Assembly: GCA_000092065.1 (NCBI GenBank)
Contig: CP000582.1
Length of the DNA: 64,000 nt
Direction: 5' to 3' (one strand)
DNA from: Ostreococcus lucimarinus
Taxonomy: Eukaryota
Program-made: the position numbers and the translations under genes
In this document: positions 39,781 to 50,671 of the stretch, piece after piece
How the letters are laid out: each line of letters starts with the position of its first letter
Numbering within the stretch: the first letter of the stretch is position 1
The notes under the pieces: model-generated
Databases searched by the model: none
Seen by the model: the letters and a program-made list of their open reading frames with translations, nothing else
Told to the model about the DNA's origin: nothing

Positions 39781-40119
39781 ATGCCGGCCGCGCTGTCCCG
39801 AGCCGTGTTTCGCGCACCGCGCGTCGCGCGCGCGCCGCGCCGCGCGCCGCGCGCGCGCGCGCGACGCGCGCGGACGTTCGCCGAACCGGAGAAGTCGTCC
39901 GAGGGCGAATACGGGCTGAATCCGCTCACGGGGGAGCCGCTGGAAGCGAAAGGGCAACTCACCGCCATCGTCACGGGCGTCGTGAGCGTCGCGCTGGCGC
40001 TCGGGTACTTGGCGTTGGTGCAGGTGATGGACTCGAGGGAGATGGTGGCGCCGCCCGAGGAGGCCTTCGGCGACGGGAGCGTGCGGCCGGCGGATGAGCG
40101 GGCGCGTAGGGGGGAGTGA
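39781..40119 (+). CDS. Small single-TM protein with an Arg/Ala-rich transit-peptide-like N-terminus (hypothetical)
   Basis: MPAALSRAVFRAPRVARAPRRAPRARARRARTF... then GQLTAIVTGVVSVALALGYLALVQ. No family assigned. Confidence 0.3.
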   Translation: MPAALSRAVFRAPRVARAPRRAPRARARRARTFAEPEKSSEGEYGLNPLTGEPLEAKGQLTAIVTGVVSVALALGYLALVQVMDSREMVAPPEEAFGDGSVRPADERARRGE

Positions 40120-40330
40120 GACGCGCGAGCGGGACGCGAGGGCGAGCGGAGCGACGCGCGAGGCGAAAAAAAATGTTTTGTGTAGTAGAGATGTTGAATA
40201 TGAAAGAATGGCGCGCTGTCTGCGTGATGTTCTATCGTCGTTCGTTCGCGCGAGACGCTGTGGACGGATCGGTGTGGATGGACCGGCGTCGACGACTCGA
40301 CGCGACGCGAGACGCGGAGGACGCGCGGTT

Positions 40331-41932
40331 TCAGTCTCGCGAGGCGGGCAAGATTTCAACCTTGCAGTTCTCCTTTAACCACTTGAACGCGAGCTTACCC
40401 TCCAAAGCATCTTGCGCTTGGAGGTAAAGCTGATTCTCGTTGTACTCCGTACCGAACTCCTCGAATTCTAGCTTGGCTTTTTCGACCTCTTCGTAGAGCG
40501 CCTCGCCGGTGACTTCGAGGTTTTCGAGCTTGGCCAAGTGCTCGCACGCGATGGTGCGTCGGCACACGCGCTCGATTTCGTCCTTTTGCTTGGTGAGGTA
40601 CTCGTTCACCATTTTCGCCGACGCTAATTGCTCGAGCTGCTTGGGGGCTAATTTCTGCTTGACTTGCATGGCGAGAAGTTGCTCCGAGTACATGTTCCTG
40701 CCTTGCTCTTCGATGAGCGACTTGGGAATTTTGACATCGCAAATATCAGCCAAAGCGTCGACACACGCCTCGTCGATCGCTCGTTCCAAATCATACTCAT
40801 ACTTTGCGGTGATGCTATCCAAAATTTTCGCCTTAGCGTCGGCGATGGAGGTGGAGCCGGGGAAAATCTTCTCCGCCAAAGCGTCCGTCTCCTTCGGGAA
40901 CTCGCGCCCGAAGAGCTCGCTCACGGTGACGGTGAATTTTGCCTTTACGTTTCGCACGTACTCCTGCGGCCAATCGCCCGGGAACACGATCTCGAACGAC
41001 TTCTTGTCGCCGACTTCCATACCTACGATATTCTCGAGCAAACCGGGAAGCTTGATGTTGCCGCCGTCAGTGTCGAGTTGGAACGCCTTTTGTTGCATCC
41101 CTTGCAACGCGGCGCCGTCGGTGCCGTCGTCGTTGACGCGCACGGCGTCGATATCAACCACCGCAGCGTCTCCAGAGACGAGGCCACGATCGGTCACGAC
41201 ACGCAAGGTAGATTGATCCTTGAGCGCGTCGTTCCAAAACTTATCCGCATCGTACTGGGCGGTGGCATCATCCCCCGGGCTCTGCACCTTGACGCTCAAG
41301 CTCTTGTGATCCCCCGTAAACGCGACGGTCGGTTCCATCTCGACCATGACTTCATACTTCATGTCCTCGCACGGCGCCGAGTGCACGCCCGCGAAAGACG
41401 AAAACATATCCATAAAGTGCGTCGTAATTCGCTCGGAATCCTGCAACGCCGTCGCGGCGACGAGTTCCATCGCCTCCGGCAACGAGTTTTGCAACGCCTC
41501 CTCCACGCACGCGCTCTGGAATTCCTTCTTCCCCACGTGATTTATCAACAACTGCATCGGGATCTTCGTCGACGCCTTCGACCCTTTCTTCGACGCGTTA
41601 AATCCCGGCACCGTGACCGTATCGTTGAATCCATCGACGACGTTATCGTAGCACTTTTGCAGCAACGCCTCCGGGACGCGCACCGTGAGCTTCACCGCGC
41701 CGTCGCCCGCGTCCTCCTTATCCACCACGCATCCGCTCTTCGTCGTCACCGTCTCCGCGCCGCTCACCGCGCGCGTGAGAACGCTTCTCCGCGCCCTTCT
41801 CGTCGTCGCCGCGCCCTTCGTCGCGCGTTCGGCGACGCGCGACGAAGATTTTCGCGCGTTTGAGGTTTTAGGTCGGCTTCGCGCGTTCGTCCCGAGCGGC
41901 GTCGCGCGCGGCGCCGCGGTCGCCGCGAGCAT
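40331..41932 (-). CDS. TIG: Trigger factor (plastid-type ribosome-associated chaperone/PPIase)
   Basis: Transit peptide, then TF N-domain (TVPGFNASKKGS), FKBP-like domain (VVDIDAVRVNDDGTDGAALQGMQQKAFQLDT...EIVFPGDWP) and C-terminal arm. Confidence 0.75.
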   Translation of the reverse strand: MLAATAAPRATPLGTNARSRPKTSNARKSSSRVAERATKGAATTRRARRSVLTRAVSGAETVTTKSGCVVDKEDAGDGAVKLTVRVPEALLQKCYDNVVDGFNDTVTVPGFNASKKGSKASTKIPMQLLINHVGKKEFQSACVEEALQNSLPEAMELVAATALQDSERITTHFMDMFSSFAGVHSAPCEDMKYEVMVEMEPTVAFTGDHKSLSVKVQSPGDDATAQYDADKFWNDALKDQSTLRVVTDRGLVSGDAAVVDIDAVRVNDDGTDGAALQGMQQKAFQLDTDGGNIKLPGLLENIVGMEVGDKKSFEIVFPGDWPQEYVRNVKAKFTVTVSELFGREFPKETDALAEKIFPGSTSIADAKAKILDSITAKYEYDLERAIDEACVDALADICDVKIPKSLIEEQGRNMYSEQLLAMQVKQKLAPKQLEQLASAKMVNEYLTKQKDEIERVCRRTIACEHLAKLENLEVTGEALYEEVEKAKLEFEEFGTEYNENQLYLQAQDALEGKLAFKWLKENCKVEILPASRD

Positions 41933-42184
41933 CGCGCGCGCGTGCGAGCGCGGCGCGAGAGAGCGCGGAGGCGTTCGGCGGTTCGGCGGGCGCGCGGATG
42001 GCGCGCGTCGTCGTCTGCGGCGCGCGCGGCGGCGCGCGGAAGCCCCCTTCGCGATAAGGTTTATACCTCATATTATGAGTGTCATATACGGTATGTAGTA
42101 CGTACACTGCACACACACCTAGGGTTCAGGCTCGCGCGGCAGAATCCAACCGACGACAGACGACGACGCGCGGCGCGCGCGCGC

Positions 42185-44341
42185 ATGGCGTCCGACGTCG
42201 CCGCCGCCTCGCGCGCGCGCGAGGACGCCCGCGTCGCGTTCTTCGACGCCGTCCGACGCGCCGTCGTCGCGCTCGGGACCGCGGACGACGACGAACCATC
42301 CGCGAACGATGCGCGCGCGGCGTCGACGGAACGCGACGACGCGGCGACGCTCTCGCGCGCGGCGTCCGCCGCGCGCGCGCTCGCGGCGACGGCGAATGCG
42401 CTGGCCGTCGCGGACGACGTCGCGGGGTCGGTGAGCGAGCTGGAGGACGAGGACGGGGCGATGGCGAAGCTGGAGCGCGCGAGCGCGAGCGCGGCGAGCG
42501 CGGCGGAGACGTTTCGGACGCTCGCGAGCGAGGACGGGGCGCGCGCGCGGGCGATGATCGGTGAGCGTGGACAGCTGACGTGCGATGCGGTGCGAGACGC
42601 CGCGTGGGGGGGGCTTCGAGCGAGGCTGGCGGCGAGCGGGTGGCCGCCCGGTTTGCGGCCGACGGAGCTGCGCGCGTACGGGTGGTCGTTGGCGCGAGAC
42701 GGCGGCGAGGACGACGACGCGGACGCGGCGTTGAGGGAATTGCGCGCCGTGCGAGCGTTTCACGTGCTGCGAACGACGTCGGAGGCGAGAGCGGCGTTCG
42801 CGGGGGAGGCGTCGTTCGCGCACGACGACGTCGCGTTGGCGTTTGTGGAGGATTTAGCCGAAGCCTTGCGCGTGACGTTTGCCACGCGCGGATCGTTGAG
42901 CGATCCGAGGAAACCCGAGCGCTTATTCGCGTGCGCGAAGGAGTTGACGATCAAGACGCCGATGTTGGTGCGCGCCGAGCTCGATCGCGCGGTTTTCGTC
43001 GACGAGCCAAAAATCGCCGTGGCGACGACTCGACACTACTTGTCGCTGTTGCTTCACGCCGTTTCGGACGTCATTCGAACGCACGTGTGCGTCGCGTGCG
43101 CGGCAAGCGAAGAACCGTGGTGGTTGCACGTCGCCGACGAGTGTCGCGCGTTTGACGATCACGTGTCTCGTAATCCGTACGCGGACGTCGAGGAGACGCC
43201 GAAGGTCCTCGACGCTTTGGTGTGCGAGCAGGCGCACGCCGAGGCATGGCTCGACGCCGAGTGCGAGCACGCGAGAGTGCGGGCGAGCAAGTCATGGAAC
43301 GAGGCGAAGAATTGGGCCGCGAGCGCGGAAGACGGGGACGTGGAATACAAGGCGCCGTACGTCGCCCAAGTCGTCGTGGAGGAAACAAAGAACGCGTTCG
43401 AGAGCGCCAAGGGGCTGTCGAGGGCAGACTGGCGGTTATATTTCGTAAACAGAGTGGCGATACCAGTCTTAGATGAGTTTATAGACGAGTGTGAGTGTCG
43501 TGCGGTGGGTTCGAAAGGATTAGGTTCGCTCGTCGCGGCGACGGGGAGCTGGCGCTCCGGCACGGAGGGCACCGCAGTCATCGGCGCCGCCGTGAACGCA
43601 TCCACTTTCGTCGCTCGAGCGTTGCGCGTGTTGGCAGAAGACACGTTTGTTTTAGAGTTTGGTGGAGAAAAGTGTTTGGAGACGTACGCGAGCAAGTTCG
43701 AAAAGTTCACCGCGCGTTGGATCGACGCCGTCGCGGACGCCGCCGCGTCGCAATTCACGGATAAAGTACTCGGCGACGCCTACGTCGGTTCGACGCACTT
43801 GCAGGCGTACGAAACGCTCGGTGACGAAGATGCACGTGATGCTAGCGATGATGGATCGTCCCGGAACGTATCGGCGAGCGGGTACATGCTCGCCGCTCTC
43901 GCGCCTCTTCGCGACCGCGTCGACGACGCTCGAGCGGCGTTCGGCGTCGCGGCGTTTGAAAAGTGTTGGCGCGCGATCGCGAGCAAGACGACGCGCGTGA
44001 TCGTCGATCGCATCGTGTGCGTCGCGACGTTCTCTCGCGCGGGCGCGAAGCAACTCGAGCGCGATCGCGACGCCCACGCGAACGTCTTCGTCGAGTGCGC
44101 CAAGCGGCCGTCGGCGCTTCGAGCCAAAACAAAGACTCTCGCCGAATGCGTCTCCGCGCTTTCGTGCGACGGTCCCACGGCGCGCGAGCTCATCGAGGCT
44201 CTTCGTAGCGACGGTATGAAGGGCCTAGCCGTGGTCAACGCCCGTAAGTCATCGCTCGACGTCACCGCGCTCGACGACGCCTCGCTTCTCCGAGTCCTTC
44301 GCCGCCGCCGCGACGTCGTCGACGGCGACGCCGTCGCCTAG
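42185..44341 (+). CDS. Large alpha-helical hypothetical protein. A weak resemblance to RINT1/Tip20-type tethering factors is very uncertain.
   Basis: Continuous 799-aa ORF. The first 80 aa are an Arg-rich artefact, and a plausible ATG is at 42185. No diagnostic motif recognised. Confidence 0.3.
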   Translation: MASDVAAASRAREDARVAFFDAVRRAVVALGTADDDEPSANDARAASTERDDAATLSRAASAARALAATANALAVADDVAGSVSELEDEDGAMAKLERASASAASAAETFRTLASEDGARARAMIGERGQLTCDAVRDAAWGGLRARLAASGWPPGLRPTELRAYGWSLARDGGEDDDADAALRELRAVRAFHVLRTTSEARAAFAGEASFAHDDVALAFVEDLAEALRVTFATRGSLSDPRKPERLFACAKELTIKTPMLVRAELDRAVFVDEPKIAVATTRHYLSLLLHAVSDVIRTHVCVACAASEEPWWLHVADECRAFDDHVSRNPYADVEETPKVLDALVCEQAHAEAWLDAECEHARVRASKSWNEAKNWAASAEDGDVEYKAPYVAQVVVEETKNAFESAKGLSRADWRLYFVNRVAIPVLDEFIDECECRAVGSKGLGSLVAATGSWRSGTEGTAVIGAAVNASTFVARALRVLAEDTFVLEFGGEKCLETYASKFEKFTARWIDAVADAAASQFTDKVLGDAYVGSTHLQAYETLGDEDARDASDDGSSRNVSASGYMLAALAPLRDRVDDARAAFGVAAFEKCWRAIASKTTRVIVDRIVCVATFSRAGAKQLERDRDAHANVFVECAKRPSALRAKTKTLAECVSALSCDGPTARELIEALRSDGMKGLAVVNARKSSLDVTALDDASLLRVLRRRRDVVDGDAVA

Positions 44342-44471
44342 CCCCCACGACCGCGCGCGCGTCGCCCCTCGCGATTAGAACACACTCAAACAAGCACAAC
44401 CATAGTCAAAAATCATTCACGCTATTCGGATTACAACCGCGCCGCGACGCCGCTCGACCCTCGACCGCGGT

Positions 44472-44918
44472 CTACGTCCGCCTCTGGTCCGGGTCGTGCA
44501 CGATCAACTCGTCGATCCCCCAATCCTCGTAACTCCCGTCCGGCATGTACCGCCGCACCACAAACGGCACTCTTTTCTCCCTCAACTCCTTCCCGGCGAT
44601 CTCCAGCGGATCCGTCTCTCCCTCGAGCTGCACCAACACCGGCGCGTTCATCGAAATCTGCAGCGCCCTCGTCCCCAGGATGCGCGCCCGCTCGTACTTT
44701 GTCATGTACGGCGTCGTCGTCCGCTCGTGCCTCGGCACCGCCCCACCGCCGCCTCGCCGCGTCGACCCTCGCCGCGCCCCTCCCGCGCGCTCGTCGCTGT
44801 CCACGATCGTCGGCGCGTCGTCCGCGTCGTCGTCGTCGGCGATCGCGTCCGCGTCCGCGAGATCGTCATCGATCGCGACGTCCTCGTCGCCGTAATCGCG
44901 CTCCTCCGCGTCCTCCAT
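44472..44918 (-). CDS. RPB6: RNA polymerases I/II/III common subunit RPB6 (RPABC2)
   Basis: Acidic N-terminus [19 protein letters not shown].., then [66 protein letters not shown], which is near-invariant RPB6. The 389-aa ORF-track version is an upstream artefact. A TGTAA sits about 38 nt past the stop. Confidence 0.9.
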   Translation of the reverse strand: MEDAEERDYGDEDVAIDDDLADADAIADDDDADDAPTIVDSDERAGGARRGSTRRGGGGAVPRHERTTTPYMTKYERARILGTRALQISMNAPVLVQLEGETDPLEIAGKELREKRVPFVVRRYMPDGSYEDWGIDELIVHDPDQRRT

Positions 44919-45081
44919 GGCGCGCGCGCGATCGAGCGCTCTTCGCCGCGTCCGTTCGCGCGTCGAGCGACGCTCGCGCGCTCGCGCGCGGCGCGGAGTG
45001 CGGCGACGCGCGCGCGCGGGACGCGCCGCACTGTCGGCGGCGCGACGATTCATCGGCGCCGCGCGCGCCGCGCGGCGTCGC

Positions 45082-46125
45082 ATGGCGCTTCGACGCGCCT
45101 CGAAGGTCGCGACGGCGGTCTCGCGCGCGCGCGCCGCGTCGGCGGCGCACCGCGGCGCGCGCGCGACGCGCGAGGGGACGTCGCGCGCGTCGAGGGCGGG
45201 CGGCGTCGACGCGGCGTCGTCGTCGACGCGTCGCGCGGGCGCGCCGACGCGCGCGCTCGCGAGCGCGAGCGCGCCGTGGTACGCGGCGTCGCCGAGCGGG
45301 CGCGCGGTGACGCTGCTGTGCGCGTTCGCGTCGGCGACGGACCGAGGGCGATGGGACGTCTTCGGCGATTTCGAGCACGGCGGCGCGAGCGCGTGCGAGC
45401 TCGTCGCGGGACGCGACGACGATGAGGATTCAGACGACGCGGGCGAAGATAACGGCGGTGCGACGATGGAAAGAATGGACGACGCGCGACGCGAGGCGCT
45501 GCGAAGGCGATACAGCACGCTGCGAGGGCGCGTCGACTGCGCGCCGCCGCCGAGCGGGACGAAGTCGCGGTTGAAGCGAAGCGGCTTCGCGGGCGCGCGC
45601 ACGAAACCGCTGACGCGAACGCTCGTGAATCCAGATCCCACGCTCGATTTCGACGCGTACGACGCGCTGAGTTATCGCGTGCGCGGCGACGGTCGGATGT
45701 ACGTGGCGAGCGTGCGAACGGAGAACTGGATGACGGGCGACTCCGCGGAGGACGTGTGGCAGGCGGCGTTTCGACCGCCGAAGGACGAGTGGGTGGACGT
45801 CGTCGTCCCCATCGAAGCGTTCGTGCAGACGCATCGCGGACGCGCCGTGCGCGATCACTCGCGCATGAGCGCCAATCGCGTGGTGTTTCTCGGCTTGGCC
45901 GTCGCCGGGAGCGCCGAGAAGAGCCTCGAGGCGCGTCGCGCCGAAGCCGACGGCCCGTTCCGTCTCGACGTGCACTCCATCTCGGGCCTGCGCATGACGG
46001 AAGAAGAGCTCGAAGCGCACGCCGCGGCTCGCGAGGGCACGCGCGAAAACTACCCGTGCGGCGGTTTCGCCGCGCGCGCCGTCGAAGCCCTCGACGCGCG
46101 CGACGATTTCGTCAATCCCTTCTAG
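45082..46125 (+). CDS. CIA30 (NDUFAF1-like complex I assembly factor) domain protein with a transit-like N-terminus
   Basis: [19 protein letters not shown] and [26 protein letters not shown]...[20 protein letters not shown] match CIA30 motifs. Confidence 0.55.
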   Translation: MALRRASKVATAVSRARAASAAHRGARATREGTSRASRAGGVDAASSSTRRAGAPTRALASASAPWYAASPSGRAVTLLCAFASATDRGRWDVFGDFEHGGASACELVAGRDDDEDSDDAGEDNGGATMERMDDARREALRRRYSTLRGRVDCAPPPSGTKSRLKRSGFAGARTKPLTRTLVNPDPTLDFDAYDALSYRVRGDGRMYVASVRTENWMTGDSAEDVWQAAFRPPKDEWVDVVVPIEAFVQTHRGRAVRDHSRMSANRVVFLGLAVAGSAEKSLEARRAEADGPFRLDVHSISGLRMTEEELEAHAAAREGTRENYPCGGFAARAVEALDARDDFVNPF

Positions 46126-46334
46126 CCTCCTCGCGCCGTCGCGCGAGGCGTGTACACCGTTGCAGTTGTCGATTTTTAGATTTATCGCGTCGTTCCTCGC
46201 GCGCGGCGTCGCTCGCGCGTCGCTCGCGCGTCGCGCGCGTCGTCTCGCGTCGCCGTCGCTCGACGCCCGCGCCGCTCGTCCGCGCGTCGACCGCACTCCT
46301 CGACGCCCGCGCCCCTCGATCGCGCCCGCGCGCG

Positions 46335-47186
46335 ATGACGACCACCACGCGCACCGCGCGCGCGCTCAGCGCGCGATGCCTGCCGCGCGCGATGCGCCGC
46401 GCCGTCGCCTCGCCGATCCCTCGACCGACGTCCCGACCGCGTCGCGCGCGCCTCCACGAGCTCGCGCGCGCGGGCTGGAACGATTTCGCCTGGTCCAAGG
46501 CATCCGTCGTCGCGAACGATCGCCGCGCGCGCGCGGGCGAGGCCGAGCTGCGGGCGATCGGGGTGGAGATCGGGGCGGCGGCGCGCGCGGCGTACGCGAC
46601 GCCGGGACAATTTTTGCAGATACGCACGCGAGAGGACGGTAAAGCGGCGTTCATCGCCATCGCGAGCGCGCCGGGTGAGTGCGCGTTCGGTGAGGGGGCG
46701 GTGGAGCTGCTGGTGAAGGCGCAGAGCGGGGCGACGGCGGGAGAGATTTGCGCGCTCGACGTCGGCGCCGAGGTGGAGGTTTCGCCGGTGATGGGGAAAG
46801 GATTCGATCTGACGGCGGTGCGCGGACGATCGAAGGCGGTGCTGTTCGCCACGGGATCGGGAATTTCGCCCATTCGCGCGCTGCTGCGAAGTGGGACGCT
46901 GAAGACGGACGCGGGCGCGACGACGCTGTATTACGGGACGCGCGACGCCGAGGCGACGGCGTTTTTGGAGGAATCCGCGTCGTGGCCGTGCGACGTCGTG
47001 CGCGTGTATTCCGAAGATTCGGGCAAACACGTGCAGGATGTGTTGCGCGAAGACATCGCGAGCGGGAAGATCGACGCGAACGACACGTTTGCGGTGTTGT
47101 GTGGTCAAAAGGAAATGGCGGACGAAGTCATCGAGATGCTCACCTCCGCCGGTTTGCCGCGCGAGGCGTGCGTGATGAACTTTTAA
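46335..47186 (+). CDS. FNR-like FAD/NAD(P)-binding oxidoreductase (pKIWI502-like), plastid-targeted
   Basis: Transit peptide MTTTRTARALSARCLPRAMRRAV. RxYS-like FAD motif QIRTREDGKAAFIAIASAP. NAD(P)-binding LFATGSGISPIRAL. C-terminal VLCGQKEM. Confidence 0.6.
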   Translation: MTTTTRTARALSARCLPRAMRRAVASPIPRPTSRPRRARLHELARAGWNDFAWSKASVVANDRRARAGEAELRAIGVEIGAAARAAYATPGQFLQIRTREDGKAAFIAIASAPGECAFGEGAVELLVKAQSGATAGEICALDVGAEVEVSPVMGKGFDLTAVRGRSKAVLFATGSGISPIRALLRSGTLKTDAGATTLYYGTRDAEATAFLEESASWPCDVVRVYSEDSGKHVQDVLREDIASGKIDANDTFAVLCGQKEMADEVIEMLTSAGLPREACVMNF

Positions 47187-47266
47187 TTTTATTCGTGCGT
47201 GAAGAATTATTTTATACAATACATTTGAAGGCTCTACTGTGCGTCTTTCTATCGTGTGCCTTCTTT

Positions 47267-50200
47267 TCACGGTGAGCCCGAGCCCCCGGACGTTCGCTTG
47301 CGCGCCTCGCGCGCTCTCTTGATGGCCTCCTCTAGAGCGCTCATGTCCGTGACGGACGTCGAGCGGTTCACCGCGCCCACGCGTCGCATGGGCACGCCGC
47401 CGTCTTCCTCGGAGATAAGATCCGATCTCGACGGCGATCGTCCGAATGCATTGCGCGAGAATGGGATGTCGCGAATGTCGCGTTCACCCTCGGCGTTCGT
47501 TCGATACGACGGGCCCGACAAGTTGCTGACGCTACTCGATCGCGGTAGGCCCACCGAGCTCGATCGCTGTAAGTTCGAACCAGCTTTTGCACTGTTCGGC
47601 TCGGACGCGCCGTTGGCTTGCGGTCGCTGAGTGAACATATCGAAGAATTGCTGCCCGTAGGAGTCTCGTCGTCGCAATGAATTTTGCGTGTGGTATCGAG
47701 GCGAGTCCGGAATCGTCGAGCTTGGTCGCTCATCGAGCACTTGATCGTAAATTTCAATTGGGCTCTGCGCTTTCCAAGCCGGAAGCTCACCCTTGGTGGT
47801 CGACGCCGGCGCCGACGACGATAAACTCGATGCATCGGACATCCGACCCGTTCGTAACGGCGACAAGTAGGACGAAGGGTTCACCGGCGCGCGCGAATTC
47901 GCCGTCTCTGAAACCGCATCCATCGCAGCTTGCAACGCGCTCTTTCCTCGAGGGGGCGTCATCGGTGCCGTAGGCGTCGATGGACGCGAAGGCACGCCTT
48001 CACCGTCTCGGGTCTCTACCTTTGGTGACGGGGGCTGCGGCTGTTTCGCCGGCTCAGCAGAACTCGTTGCAGGCTCGTTCGATGTGAACGCGAACGGACT
48101 CTCCTTGCTCAGCGCCGCGACGGAAGCGGCATCTAAGCGATCGCTCGAAAACGAGACTGTGTTGTCCTTGCGCGCCGTCGGAATAACGACGGATGACTCC
48201 GAAATCGGCGGCGCCGCCGCCGCCTTGAGCGCAGCCGCAGAAGGCGCGGGCGTGACGAAAGCGGCCGGCGGCGGCGGTGGTGGCGTCGGCGGTTCAGACG
48301 TCTTCAACGTCTGTGGCAACGTCTTCGCCGACATCGCCTCCTTCGACGGCGTTGAGCCTTCTGGAATGAACGGCATCTTCACCCCGTTTACGAAGCCCGT
48401 CATTCCGATCACCTTTTCGCTCGTCTGCTCGAGGTCTCGCGAGTTGCTATTCATCAGCGCGCGCACGGGCAAATCGTACGGTCTGTTGCCAAACGGCTGC
48501 TCGATTTGCTCAGCCGCAGCCTCAATCCCGAACAGGGCGAGAGAAAGAATGGTGGTGACGGGGACGACGCCCCATACTCCGACTTCATGCACTAAAATCA
48601 TCGGTAACGAGCACACGTACACCATGAGCGTAGACTTCAAGTGGGTGATGATGCAACCCGGAGGCGGTTGGTTGACGACTTTTTCGCAACTCCCGTAGTT
48701 ATCCATGATCATCGCCACCTCGCTGTGGATCGTGCTCGCGATGGCGGGAGGGACGTAACCTTTGTTGAATGCTTCTTGGACGCAGCCGCGAATCTTTTCG
48801 AGGCAGTACAACACCTTATTCTCGGCGAGAAATAATCCTTCCAAGTCTCCCGCGTCAAGCGGTGTGGTGAGCTGACTCAAAATCGCTCCGTCGTTCAGCA
48901 CTGTACCATTCAATCGATCAGCCACGGTTTCTTTCAAAGCACCAATCAGACCCAGCGTTCGCGCGGCGAGTATCGGGTCGTCCGGCGCGACCCACGTGCA
49001 GAACGTGCCGCCAAGATTTTTGCAGTAAAACAAAATGTTTCCGAGACACGTGCGGCCGTACCACCAGCGCTCGTGCGCGTTGTTCCATCTAAAGACTAAC
49101 ATGAAACCCATGGGGAGGCCCAGGACGCCGTGCATGAAGGGTGAGAGCTTGAACATGTTCGCACCGAGACGAACCTTGGCGAAAGCCACGGCACACGCGC
49201 ACGTTGTGCTCAACAACGTCGGCTGCACAGGACCGAGTTCACGATTGATCACCCAGCGAGGGTTACGACCGAACACAGAGCTAAACAATCCATTATCGCT
49301 AAACTCGAGAGGATTCTCGGGGTAAAGTAGCAGCGAAGCTAAGAATAAACCGGTACCCATGACGGAGAACAAAACGAGTCGCGTCGTCTTGCTCGGGTCG
49401 CGCGTGATCCAAATATTGAGCAACCTTTGCATGATGCGAACAATCTCGCGCTCGGTTTCTTCCCACGCGAGTTTGTACCAGGGATCGGGAAGCACGACCT
49501 CGTCGTCGTCATCTTCCTCTTCGTCCTCGTCGTCTCCGTCATTCTTATCGTCTCCTCCTCCTCCTCCCCCGCCGCCGCCGGACCGCGCGTCGTCGCCATC
49601 ATCGCCACCGCCCACGCCCGCTAACACGGGATCAGCACCAGATTCTGCGGCCATTCCCGCCGCGGACCTTATCGCGCCTCCGCTCACCACCGGCGCGCTC
49701 TTCGGCGTCGCCAGCTTCTTCTCCCCCGTCTCCTTCTCTCCGTCAGTTTTCGGTTTCGTCTTCGTCGTCGCGCCTCCCTTCGTCGCGCTTCCGCTCGGTC
49801 CTTTCCCATCACCGTCTGCGGCGTCCCCCCCTTCCTTATCTCCACCGTCTTCTTTGTACTCTTTCCCTCTCGGTTCCCGCTTCGACGGCGGCAACAGTTC
49901 TTCCTCGCTCAACACCGGCCGCGTCGTCGACTCCGCGCGCGCGGGCGTCGATTTCGTCGGCTCATCCCGCGCCACCGCCGGCGTCTGCGCCACCGGTCCC
50001 GTGCCCACGATCGCCGTCGTGTTCGCGCGCCGCTTTTCGATGGCGTACGAGTCGTTCGGCTTGGAGGCGCCGCTGACGACGCCGGCGCCGTCGTCGCCGT
50101 CGCACGGCTCCACCATCGCGTCGCTCGCGCGCGGCGCCGGCGCCGCGTCGTCGACGGCATCGGAACGAATCGCCTCGCTCGACGATCGCGCGTCGTCGTC

Positions 50201-50389
50201 GTCGCTCGAGAGCGCGCGCGGCGGCGTGATTTGCACACCTCGTGGAATCGCGACACGGCGAACGAAAACGCGCGCGCGCGGGCTCGCGTGACGCGCGATG
50301 CGAGCGGCGCGCGGTGGAACGCGCCGTGGAACGCGCGCCGAAGCGCTCGACGCGCTCGACGCGCGAACGGTAGGCGCGAGGCGCAGCAT
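47267..50389 (-). CDS. Bestrophin-like (UPF0187/VCCN-type) anion channel homologue with long low-complexity N- and C-terminal tails
   Basis: Core RWNNAHERWWYGRTCLGNILFY..., several TM helices, and the family motif PFGNRPYDLPV. Flanked by a Gly/Asp/Glu-rich region and a Ser/Pro/Ala-rich C-tail. The start is uncertain. The ORF runs to 50638, but MLRLAPTV at about 50389 looks like a transit peptide and leaves room for the neighbour's 3'UTR. Confidence 0.6.
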   Translation of the reverse strand: MLRLAPTVRASSASSASARVPRRVPPRAARIARHASPRARVFVRRVAIPRGVQITPPRALSSDDDDARSSSEAIRSDAVDDAAPAPRASDAMVEPCDGDDGAGVVSGASKPNDSYAIEKRRANTTAIVGTGPVAQTPAVARDEPTKSTPARAESTTRPVLSEEELLPPSKREPRGKEYKEDGGDKEGGDAADGDGKGPSGSATKGGATTKTKPKTDGEKETGEKKLATPKSAPVVSGGAIRSAAGMAAESGADPVLAGVGGGDDGDDARSGGGGGGGGGDDKNDGDDEDEEEDDDDEVVLPDPWYKLAWEETEREIVRIMQRLLNIWITRDPSKTTRLVLFSVMGTGLFLASLLLYPENPLEFSDNGLFSSVFGRNPRWVINRELGPVQPTLLSTTCACAVAFAKVRLGANMFKLSPFMHGVLGLPMGFMLVFRWNNAHERWWYGRTCLGNILFYCKNLGGTFCTWVAPDDPILAARTLGLIGALKETVADRLNGTVLNDGAILSQLTTPLDAGDLEGLFLAENKVLYCLEKIRGCVQEAFNKGYVPPAIASTIHSEVAMIMDNYGSCEKVVNQPPPGCIITHLKSTLMVYVCSLPMILVHEVGVWGVVPVTTILSLALFGIEAAAEQIEQPFGNRPYDLPVRALMNSNSRDLEQTSEKVIGMTGFVNGVKMPFIPEGSTPSKEAMSAKTLPQTLKTSEPPTPPPPPPAAFVTPAPSAAALKAAAAPPISESSVVIPTARKDNTVSFSSDRLDAASVAALSKESPFAFTSNEPATSSAEPAKQPQPPSPKVETRDGEGVPSRPSTPTAPMTPPRGKSALQAAMDAVSETANSRAPVNPSSYLSPLRTGRMSDASSLSSSAPASTTKGELPAWKAQSPIEIYDQVLDERPSSTIPDSPRYHTQNSLRRRDSYGQQFFDMFTQRPQANGASEPNSAKAGSNLQRSSSVGLPRSSSVSNLSGPSYRTNAEGERDIRDIPFSRNAFGRSPSRSDLISEEDGGVPMRRVGAVNRSTSVTDMSALEEAIKRAREARKRTSGGSGSP

Positions 50390-50671
50390 GATGCGCGCGA
50401 GTCGCGGTCTGGGGACGCGCGCGCGAGAGCGCGGCGGCGCGCTCGACGACGTTCGAGCGACGCGCGCGGTGAAGCGCGAGACGGGGTGTACAGATGGTGC
50501 GCGATGGTATTGAATCGAGAGCGACGCGCGCTGGAGCGGCGATGGGACGACGGATGGAATCGCGTCGCGCTCGCCGAGAACCGCTTCGGTTCGTCGGTTT
50601 GAGAACGCGTCGGTCATAATTTTCCGTCGTCCTCTCATCGTCGTCGAAGCCGTCGTCGTCGTAAACTAAGG

